A stretch of DNA of 64,000 nucleotides from positions 1 to 64,000 of the forward strand of contig JAAILG010000356.1 of assembly GCA_012026655.1 (NCBI GenBank). The letters are read 5' to 3'. Shown here one piece after another: positions 41,283 through 50,911 of this stretch (its first letter is position 1; every line of letters starts with the position of its first letter). The notes under the pieces are model-generated. The model was not told the origin of the DNA, did no database searches, and saw only the letters and a list, made by a program, of their open reading frames with translations. Both the position numbers and the translations under genes were made by a program. This DNA is from Hydrolagus affinis (taxonomy: Eukaryota).

Positions 41283-41372
41283 CAGCAGGTCAGGCAGCAT
41301 CTATGGAGAGAGGAAAGGGAGTTAATATTGCAGGTCGATGAACTTTCTCCATAGATGCTGCCTGACCTGCTG
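41283..41372. mobile_element. Penelope-like terminal sequence in inverted arrangement (27-bp perfect inverted repeat)
   Basis: cagcaggtcaggcagcatctatggaga (41283-41309) and its exact reverse complement (41346-41372); cagatgctgcc.gacctgctgagt resembles chondrichthyan Penelope ends as I recall them. Confidence 0.7.
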
Positions 41373-41377
41373 AGTGA

Positions 41378-41447
41378 TTATAATGATAATAATCCTTGCA
41401 TTTGATATAGCACTTTTCATGTCTTCCAGGCATCTCAAAGCGCTTCA
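41378..41447 (-). mobile_element. SINE 3' tail
   Basis: aataatccttgcatttgatatagcacttttcatgtcttc...ctcaaagcgcttca. Confidence 0.8.
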
Positions 41448-41509
41448 TGTTTTTATTTTACTTGATTATTTTACACTGTTCACTTTACTCAAACAGCTGC
41501 CTGATGGTG

Positions 41510-41640
41510 TTGGCTGCTGTATTTACGTACAAATGCACAGTCACTACCCTTTACATCAGGCCACTGTGAAGCACTGAGTGATGTTTTAATTTTGCAGGTT
41601 GAATATCAAATCCAAGGATGCAACTATTATTATTAATAAT
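41510..41640 (+). mobile_element. SINE 3' portion, diverged
   Basis: acagtcactaccctttaca...ctgtgaagcact...atatcaaatccaaggat...(TAT)n. Confidence 0.6.
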
Positions 41641-44527
41641 ACTGCATAGTTGCTTTTGCCTCAGTTGGAAACTGTTTTCCACTGCCTTTTCAAGAAATAC
41701 ATTTTTGACCGTCAATTTCTGGCTCACAAAAATATATAGTCCCTTTAGTTCAGAATACTCAGTGCACCAACCACATCATTTTAATGCGAATAGCGGAACC
41801 ATATTCATTTTAACATATCATAAGTACCTTTACTGGTGTCTATCAGTAGAAAATTTTGAACGTTTTTCACTTTTTCTTAGTGCTGTACAAACTGTACAGA
41901 AAAATCCCATGGTTCGGGCTTGTAAAGTAATAAACCTTATTTTTATATGCCACTGAGCCCAGTAGTATAGGAATGTTTGCACTTTTTGTCTCTCCAGGGT
42001 GGCTCTCTGATGTCTCAGTTTACAGCCATAGTAACTTAAACTTTCGACTTGCCTGGCATTTATGCAGAGACACAGTCCTTACACGGCAATAAAAGGTGGC
42101 AAGGTGATAAATTACCACTCTTCACTTACATTGATCACTTTATGATCCTATACTTGATGTGACAATTGTACAGTCACTCAGAATAGACTTTAATGGGACA
42201 AGAGATGAAAACCATTAGGTAGAACCATTTGTGATAATTAAAAATTCACATGGACTGAGAAAACAAAGAGGTGAACAGAGTTACCTTGAAGACTAATTGC
42301 TTATCTGTCATCAACTAATAGTTACAAGGCCTTCTTTCTCCAACTTTTCCAAACGAGGCCACCGTTCCTTGCAATAATAGACTGATTGTAAAGAGAGCTG
42401 CCATCAAATTGACCTTAAGTACTAGTCAGTATAGGCTGCACAGATGATACACTCAGAATAATTGCTTCTGCCACAAAGAATAATGCTGCTTTATGGTACA
42501 ATGGAGAAAAGAGTCACCTGCAAATGGAACCTGCTCTTGAAAGTCTTAAAGAGACAGTGTTTCTTTTTGTTACTTTGAGTAGATGATACATCCACCAACT
42601 GTAAGAAAATAGAACATCGTTAAAATGGTCCATGTTATTTTAAACTGTGTTTGGTCCAGTGTATTATCTCTGCGAACCTATAAATTTAGAGAGTGCTTAA
42701 TGATAGTATTTTTCAGAGGTCTACCTATCCACCCAGAATATGCTGTTTGTTTTAAAAAAAAAGACAGGATCCTGTCCACAGAGTCGCGGTGAAACTACAA
42801 TTTTGATTCAGTTCAATTCTTCCGCTGTTGTACCAGAAATGGCGACGCAATGAATATCTTTTTTGTAGGTCTGCGCTTTTTTCAAACTGTAAATTTGTGG
42901 GCTCATCGCTCAGCCGCAGCTGCAGAATATTTTCAGATTACGGCTCGAACATTCACTTGGGAGTGTTGGAGATTAGTAACCAGGTGGTGTTCAAAGACTC
43001 TATGGACCCACAGATCAGCAAATCGCAGCAACGAGAATTACACCTGATTGCCTTAGCCTCTTGCTAACTATCTGGAAAGACTGTGAAAACCTGACAGCCA
43101 TTGACACTGAATAGATTTCAGGCAACTCGGCTCTCTACTGTGCTCGGAGTGTGATAGAAAATAAAGGTGGGAAGCTCTGCGGATAGCTTGAAGAAATTAT
43201 ATTCTACCATCTGGTCTATTGATCGAACTAAACAAATACCTGGATAACCGGGAGGTATGAGCTCGGTGAACTGTCATTGTTGGACCTCTTCAATGAGCTC
43301 AAGGCAGATGTTAGTCCAGGTCTACCAGAAGTTAGGCTCTGCTCATGCATGTCAGATTCATAGGCACATTCAACTCTTTTTTTGACTCTGGCTTACATGA
43401 GGTCTGTGAAGGACATGGCTGACATCACCCAGGGGTTCATGTCATGAAGTGTATCATGAGAGTTTTGCTTTCATCGGGAGAAACAGTGTTAACGTCTCAT
43501 TCTCACAAACAACCAAATTAAAAATGGCCAAAAGTAAGCCAAACATTAGTTCAACACAAATGCATGGATCTGTGAGAAACGAACATGGAATCAACATGAA
43601 TCCAATTTGAAAATCTGAACTCACTCAAATTTCAAGGGGATCAAATTAAATTGGAAACTTGGCATCGTGATTCAGAGTTGGCCAGTTGTTCCTATTTGGA
43701 AATCCCAATGACTGATTTGGCTCACTCTGCATCGCTCATATTCTATCAAGTTCAAACAGATTTTTTTCCTTCAACAGATGTTTCAGATGGTAAACTCTTA
43801 ATACAATCCTTTCGCCTGCATGGCTTTCCGGGCACATGTCTCGCACGTGTGCAACAGCTGATCAGCACCAGTAAATGCACAATATCGCAAGAAATATTCA
43901 GATTAAGAAGGCCCTGCATCCCCTCTAATCTCATCCTTTCAAAAGCCTCCCATTACAGCAACGAGCTGTCTCACTGCCCTGAGACACCCTTGTTTAATAA
44001 GCGACAGGCTTGCTAAATAGATCACTCTGGATGGGTTGTGTTTGGCTTTCTGAACCTTGAACACCTTTGCATGTTTGAGGGTTTTATCATGTTTTATCAG
44101 TCTCACCTATATTAATAATAAGTAGCAGAATATACTGTCATGTAAAGCTGAGTTTCAAATTGAGCCTTTTGAAAAGTACACAGATAATTACTTACAAACA
44201 TAGAATTAAAACAGGAGATTGTTAAGGACGGGAGCGTTGCTGGTTGGGTTGTACTCAGAACCTTTTCAATCTTACTTACAATGTCTAGTGAGTAACCATA
44301 CTGTTACATACAAGACAAGCACAAAAAAGTTCATATCCGTCTTATTCACAGCAGCAACTAAAGAATGAGGGAGCACAAGAAATTTGCTTATTGCTTAATA
44401 CTGTACAATTCTATGTGTTAATCACAGCAACATCAAACCTATTCTGAGGTAGATCTGTATAGTTAACTGAACTGAAAGCGTAGATGATTTGTGTCCACTC
44501 TCCACTACACTAAATTATAAAAGGGCA

Positions 44528-44595
44528 TCAAAACCAGTTTTTGGCACTCAGAGGTCTCACTCTCCGCCTCGTCTCCAGTCGCAGCCTGCGTGAAT
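44528..44595 (-). other. Candidate terminal exon (coding part) of an unrecognised transcript
   Basis: Minus strand ttttccacattttctgcaccaacacAG|attcacgc..., GC/CpG-richer than flanks, (D)SRRLRLETRRRVRPLSAKNWF* with TGA at 44530-44528; miRNA sites downstream. No homology recognised. Confidence 0.25.
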
Positions 44596-45139
44596 CTGTG
44601 TTGGTGCAGAAAATGTGGAAAATTCTCATGTTTAGTTTCAGTTCAAATGTCTGAAATGGCTTAAATATCAGGGGAGGGGAAAATAGACAACATTTAAATA
44701 TTAGGAAAATATTCTTGTTGAAGGAATAATTATTCCTATTGTTCAAATCTATGAAGTTAAAGCGAAGTATAGGGTAATTCTTATCTGCTTAACTTTACTG
44801 TGTTCCATCATCAATCAGGCAGGATCTCAAGTTGTTCAAAACTGTTATGAGTACCACTGAGACTAATTAACTAGGAGACAATTTCATCACAGTGTATCTA
44901 AGCATGGCATTCTATTCCATAAGCCTATTAAACAATCGCCTGATTTATTAACATTTAATATCCTGAGGAGATAACGCGTGCATAAATAACACTAATGCCT
45001 TGAAGATTTTATAAAAACAAAAGTGACAAGATTTGTTTGCAAGGCCAGTGTGCCTTTGCTGTTGATGGCTCAAATAAAATAACAGAGAGCGACTCTGTGT
45101 GGTATGTCTGCTTACAAACTTGTATCATTTTGGAAAATA

Positions 45140-45239
45140 NNNNNNNNNNNNNNNNNNNNNNNNNNNNNNNNNNNNNNNNNNNNNNNNNNNNNNNNNNNNN
45201 NNNNNNNNNNNNNNNNNNNNNNNNNNNNNNNNNNNNNNN
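45140..45239. other. Assembly gap (100 N)
   Basis: Run of 100 N, typical placeholder for a gap of unknown size. Confidence 0.99.
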
Positions 45240-45240
45240 C

Positions 45241-45388
45241 CCTTTCTTCCCTCTTGTCTTCTTCCTCCCCCCACTGCTCTGGTCCCAACTTTGGGACGTT
45301 GTTGTGTTCTGTGAAGTGCTTTGAGACGTCGATAAGATGTGGAAAGCGCTATATAAATGTAAGGATTATTATATTATTATTATTATTT
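45241..45388 (+). mobile_element. L2/SINE 3' end emerging from the gap
   Basis: C-rich tract, then gtgaagtgctttgagacgtc...ggaaagcgctatataaatgtaaggattatt. Confidence 0.75.
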
Positions 45389-45774
45389 GCTCGTGATCTA
45401 AACATTTTGAGTCAGACTCCCTTTGGGATAGGTGCTATATAAGTGTAAATTGTATAGTATTATTTATTCTTGCTTAAATGGTGGATAGCCCTATTGATAT
45501 TGATAAAGGTGTGAGCACTCGTAACCATTTGCTCGACTAAAAAAAAGTCTCCTTGAACAGCAACCTTTAATGTTGAAAATCAAGATTTTTTTTCATTTTA
45601 AAAACTGTCGTTGACATCAGAAAGGCAATTTACTACAAAATACAGTGACTGGTTATGTCGCAGGCAAACAATGAAGTGATGTCCCACAAACAGCCATAGA
45701 ATGAATGATCAATTTTACGGAAGGGATTATGGGCCAGGACATTGGGAGAAACATCTTTCTCTTTTCAAAACTCA

Positions 45775-46084
45775 CCACGTAGCTCAGTGGTTAGAGCACT
45801 CACCTTACAAGTGTGAGACCTGTGTTTGATTCAAAGCAGGGCAAAACCTTGGGCAAGTTTCCTTACTCCACATGCTTAATAATAATCCCTAAAAAAAAAT
45901 TGGTCATTTCAATCTACGACTAATTGTGGGACACTGGTGTGTGTAATTGGCCGCAGAAGAGCTGCATTTCGCCCACCAATATACAGTCAATTCACTTTAC
46001 AGTATATTCCGTGAAGCACTTTGAGACGTCTAGAAGACATGAAAAGCGCTATATCAAATGCAAGGATTATTATTAGTAGTAGTA
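45775..46084 (+). mobile_element. Near full-length tRNA(Val-like)-derived SINE, ~310 bp
   Basis: A box TAGCTCAGTGG (45780-45790), anticodon-loop-like CTTACAA (45804-45810), B-box-like GTTTGATTC (45824-45832), tail aaaagcgctatatcaaatgcaaggattattatt. Confidence 0.9.
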
Positions 46085-46116
46085 TGGATCTGAACAGGCA
46101 GAATGGACCTTATTTT

Positions 46117-46190
46117 AATAATAATACTTGCATTTGATATACTGCCAGGAATCAACTGCGAGTGCCCTAACCACTGAGCTATAGGCCTCC
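46117..46190 (-). mobile_element. Internally deleted mini-SINE (head fused to tail)
   Basis: Minus strand: ggaggcctatagctcagtggttagggcactcgcagttgattcctggcag joined to tatatcaaatgcaagtattattatt. Confidence 0.7.
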
Positions 46191-47850
46191 ACAAAGGTGG
46201 ACTCCACCTTGGTTTAATGCCTCACCTGAAGCAAGGATTTGTTTATCTACTAAATAATGTAAATAACCATATACTGCAGCCCCATCCAATGAAATAAATG
46301 AAATATAGTTGGATATAAAATGGTAATTGATTAATGTTTTTGATGGCTAATAATGCATTGGCAACCTGCAATGTAGACTGTCTGTGAATGTCTGTGACAT
46401 AGTCAATCAGATAGGTACAGCAGCACACGTAGTCAGCTTTGCAAAGTATTTGAATTATGACATGTTGCTGTTGTCATGAAAGATTTTAAATCATTTTACA
46501 TTAGAAATTTTTCATTAAAGTTCTGTTTCATTGTTCAGAAGCACTAATCAAACAGGACCTTTCATGCTAATTTGGCAGTGATTACTGTGTGTAGCGTAAA
46601 ACAAATTCTGAAATAAAACGCTGGGTGTTGCCACCCAACATACTATGCGCTAAATTAGTCTGACAATCCTGTTAACTGGCTGCTCTGCTTTGGTTCAGAT
46701 ATCCCAATTTTAGTTCTTCAAAAGGCTTGTTAATATGCTACAAAAGAGCTGGGGCAATTGCTAAGTAGGCAAAGGTCAAGAGCCTTTAATTCAAAGTGAG
46801 GAGTTTTTATGAAGAAATAGGTTGTCGAGTCATGGGATGTCAGTACTAAGATGGTCTTTAGGAGATTACGAGAAGTTAAAACTTATGAAAATTGCTGTAT
46901 TTTATTTTCTTCTCACTTTGTCAAAAAATTTGTTTTTTAAAGTCCTTCTTCCTTTTTACCAAACGCCCACACACTGCTTGTTGCTGCAGCTGATACGCAG
47001 GCTGTCATAACAATGAAGCAGGAATTTGGCGAAGCTGTTAGCTCACAGCACTCACCCCAGAGCCTGTCTGGCAGGTTTTGGCTTCTTCTCTAGAGAAAGA
47101 AAGAGAAAATGAAAAGTGATATATATACAATATATATATATAGTGAAATGGAGAAACGCACTTGCAAGCTCTCCTGCTCTTTTATTCCCAAAGTTATTTT
47201 TTTCACCTAGATATTAGAATGGAAACCTGCAAATCTATTTGAAAGCAGTAATATATTCACAAGTGTACAAAAAGTTAATTTCCGAAAGCGTTCCAAGTTG
47301 GGACTCTTTGTGCCATAATCTATATAAAACACTAATTGTTTTTGATAAGTGAGGAATCTGCATCAAACACTGCGCGTTTTCACTTCCTAGATTTAATTTT
47401 TAACTTATGTTAATTTCCAACCTATGCCTCGCTGAATAAACATAAACTCACAGATGGGTTAGCGCAACAAACAAACACATTTTAAAGCATTACTTGCGCT
47501 TTTCATTCTGTCCGGCGCAGTGCAGATCAATCAACCGATAATGCTTATAAATACCCAGGATACAATCGCTGCATCATTGATGCACTCTAAGGACATGTAT
47601 GACCTGTGACCCAAATTACCTTCAAGCTGCCGCTATTGACCAGGTGGGGGAGATACTCTTCTTCAGTAAGGCGAATCTGATCCGCTCTGCTGAAGGCCGT
47701 TGCCTTCTTTGAGGCCCCTTGAGCATGTTTGCCAACAAATACATGAAAAATGCAGCTTTCTTCTGCATCCTGGTTATCAGAATCCACAGCTGTTTCAGTC
47801 AGAGACCTCGCGGAACGGCTAATCTTATCTCCGACAGTGTGCCTACATAC

Positions 47851-47923
47851 CTGCGCATTGCTCAGAGCCACCGTGTGTTGAGTTCACAATAATGCCAAGG
47901 CTATGTAGCAGATAATATAGACC
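47851..47923 (-). other. Candidate 73-nt internal exon
   Basis: Acceptor catgtttctatttgtaccAG|G and donor CAG|GTATGT; one open frame GLYYLLHSLGIIVNSTHGGSEQCA. No homology recognised. Confidence 0.25.
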
Positions 47924-48562
47924 CTGGTACAAATAGAAACATGTTTCTGAAAGTACACACTGGCAGCTATACGTTTAACTCCTAGTGAACAGGGGGAACT
48001 CAAGCCACTGGCAAATCCAGAGATTTTGTTTATATCTTGTATCTTGCTTAAAGGCAAACTATGAGATTACCAAGGATTTAAGTTTGATCTTCATGATTTT
48101 GTTTTGTCATTCCCTCCAAAAAACTATTTCTATCTCCAATAAACTTTTTTTGATTTATGAAACTTGTGAAAGCTATATATCCTGTATCTACTGAACAAGC
48201 TACAATTTTTCCGAATAATTTAATCAACTAACAAACTAGTGACCCCCCTGTATTTGTGTTTGGGTCCTATGGCCCATGTGTCTGGTGTGGATCCAACTCT
48301 ATATTTGAACCATGTCATGTGAGCTCCTACCATCAATGTTTTATGACTCAAAACCTCACCTCTTTAACCAGGAGTTTCATATCAGTACAACAGCCTTAGT
48401 ATCAAAGTACCCTGAGCCTTTGAACTGTGCTCGTTATTTCCATAAAGCAGGGGATGCCACTAGGATAACACAATGTTAGTCGATTTCCTTCCCTCCTAGG
48501 TTACTCATTGCCAGATTCTTAAGACCTTGGTCCATAACGAGGGTAAACTGTAACATTGGTAC

Positions 48563-48940
48563 ATAATAAAACTCATTTGATATACCGTGTTAAAACATCT
48601 CAAAGCATTTCACACAAGAGTTACTTTGAAGTTTTTTTTAAAAAAAATTACAGTTAATCTGTGCAACCAATGGTAATGAGAAGAATTATCTATTTATATG
48701 TGAACTGGTTGAGGACGGAACTTTAGACAGAACATCGGGATAACTCTCTGCTCTTCTTCAAAATAGTGCAATGAGATCTTTGAGGACCTGATGAACCATC
48801 GGGCAGCATCTCAGTTTAAAATATCATACAGAAGGACAGCAATACTCCCTCAGTATTGCACTGGGATGTCAACCAGATCATGAACTCTGTGATCTGCGGT
48901 CCTTCTAACCCAGCGGTGAGAGCGATATCATTTGGGCCAA
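48563..48940 (-). mobile_element. Near full-length old Deu-domain SINE (SacSINE1-like)
   Basis: Tail, ctctctgctcttcttcaaaatagtgcaatgagatcttt (Deu core), actccctcagtattgcactgg, and head remnant ccttctaacccagcggtgagagcgatatcatttgggcca. Confidence 0.75.
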
Positions 48941-49778
48941 ATCAACATCATTTGATGCAAAGCTGTATTGTTACAAATCAAACGTAAATAGCATTTCAGA
49001 GAAAATAAATGTGATTAGATCTTCACATAACTATAGAGGAAAGAGCAGGTGAATGATGCATAAGCTTTAGCAGGCAAACCTTCATGAATGTTTATCTATT
49101 CATTGTTGAACAGTTACTTTTGGGTGCTGATTTGCAAGGGTTAAATTCCGAGCTCACTTACCTCTTAATAATTTTAACTGAAGGTTGAGCCACACCTGAA
49201 ATTGGCCTTAAAAAAACCCTTGAATTGCTGCAAAATCAACAGTGCAAATGATACTGTTTCACTTGTTCTGTCCACACAAATTTGAACACAAAACCAAGAC
49301 TATTCTTTCAGCACAAGAACGGTCTTGTAAGTTACACTCAAGGAACCCAATGTGAGTCAAAAGTGAGAATAGTGTAAAGAACGCATAAACATACTGTATG
49401 ATTACTTCATGATGGTTTTTTTTTACCATGTGTTATATGTTCTGCAGAACTCTGGCATCCGTGAAATTAAAAGTTCCAGTTAGACTCAAGGGACTGAAAA
49501 TTAATAAATCCCCTGGATAGATGAACTATGCTCCAGGATATTTAGAGAGACAAACAAGGGATTTGTCAAGTACTGGCAGGCATCTAAAGGAAGCGATGGA
49601 CACTTGAGAGGTTCACACACTCTGGAAAGAGGAGTATGCAGATCCCAATATCAAGAAGGGCAATCTTCCAACGACTGACTGACGTGTCAGACATGAGTCA
49701 TGGAGAGGATTTGAAATGGTAAGGGGAACATATTTAGTCAGGTAATTGGGACTCCTGTTCCGAGTATAAGTATCAGCC

Positions 49779-49846
49779 AGGCTCATTTGGTGGCATGTTC
49801 ACCTACAAGGCAAAAGGTTAAGGATTCTGGTTCCACGCAGGCAGCT
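49779..49846 (+). mobile_element. Degenerate tRNA-derived SINE head
   Basis: ggctcatttggtggcatgttcacctacaaggcaaaaggtt: A-box-like start similar to 57412. Confidence 0.4.
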
Positions 49847-50059
49847 TGGAGCTTGCTTAAAATCCATATTTCACCCACATACATATCCATACTACTGGCC
49901 GTACAAGCAGATGCATAATAAGTATGAGATTGACAGGCCTCAATACCAATTCAAAAGCTTGCTGGAATCACCATGAAAATGAAATATATTTTGCAAGTTT
50001 CAATCTCCCTGCCCCACCACAACAACATGAACTAGATTAGAAATATAAGCTTCCCTTAA

Positions 50060-50208
50060 CACACTACAGTATATACAGTGAAGCACTTTGAGACATCTCA
50101 AAGACGTAGTAAGGCGCTATATGAAATGATAATAATCTTTGCATTATTTCAAGATTGCAAGGATTATTATGATTACTATTATTATAATATTATAATAATA
50201 TTATTATG
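50060..50208 (+). mobile_element. SINE 3' tail with AT-rich expansion
   Basis: gtgaagcactttgagacatctc...aaggcgctatatgaaatg...tgcaaggattattat and (TAT/TAA)n. Confidence 0.8.
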
Positions 50209-50698
50209 ACTAAATGTCCTAGCTATCACACTTAGATACAAATGCACTGGCAGGAATTTGGACCCAGATGTTCCACTGTTGGCTGATCATCTCTCTGTTG
50301 GACAATTAAATGTTGGGCAATCCCCCTTCCTCCCAACTTCATTAAACTGGCAGGTATTAAATAAAATAAAGTCATTTTGTTAATTAGATTTGTTCTTGTG
50401 CCTCCAGTCACAGTCAAGAAGAGGGAACACATTCCCCCATCCTTTGCTCACATAAGTCCTAAAGTTGAGACTTGAGCAAATGTGTGTAAGCATTAATTAA
50501 TCTGAAATTGCCAGTCACCCCCCACCCCCTCCACTCCGCCATCAGTTTGGGGGTAGCTGAATTCACTCCACACCATAAACCAAAGCTTGATACAAATCTG
50601 CCATTGAATTGAAATATAATTTGAAAATCAGCACATGCTTTAGGAAGGTAAGGTCAGTTCATATAAGACCTCCTATACATAAAGCAGACCTCATTATA

Positions 50699-50911
50699 CA
50701 GTAAAAGCCAGTTTATCTGGCACCCTCGGGACCTGGCCAATGTCAGTTAAAGCGCGTGCCGGATATTCGGCTGAAAACACACAAAAAAAATCCCCCCCAA
50801 AATGTATTTTTCCTGATAAATTGCGGTTAATTGAATGCGGACCTTTTTTTCGAGGTGCCGATTATATGGAAGTTGCGGTTGATCGGGTCACGGATAAACG
50901 GGCTTTTACTG
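50699..50911. mobile_element. Tc1/mariner-pogo (Tigger-like) MITE, 213 bp
   Basis: TA|CAGTAAAAGCCAGTTTATCTG ... CGGATAAACGGGCTTTTACTG|TA: 21-bp TIRs (19/21) and TA target duplication. Confidence 0.9.

Larger units (their letters stand above)
45635..46231 (-). mobile_element. Older Deu-domain SINE split into three pieces (45635-45770, 46085-46119, 46206-46231)
   Basis: gggccaggacattgggagaaac...ttttcaaaa continues as ggatctgaacaggcag and ccttggtttaatgcctcacctgaa, the order expected for a minus-strand Deu domain. Confidence 0.65.

Noticed and set aside
44400-44530. let-7 gene on the + strand
   Set aside because: The match is only 20 nt with an altered middle, and no CTATACAA-type star arm follows it; a target site on the opposite strand fits better.
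45037-45442. ORFs spanning the N run
   Set aside because: Artefacts of translating across the assembly gap.
45775-45845. Functional tRNA-Val gene
   Set aside because: No acceptor stem, mutated B box, and it runs directly into a SINE body and tail.
49510-49680. Possible RTE-clade LINE remnant (GR..KRW-like motifs)
   Set aside because: Similarity needs several frameshifts and is too weak to support.
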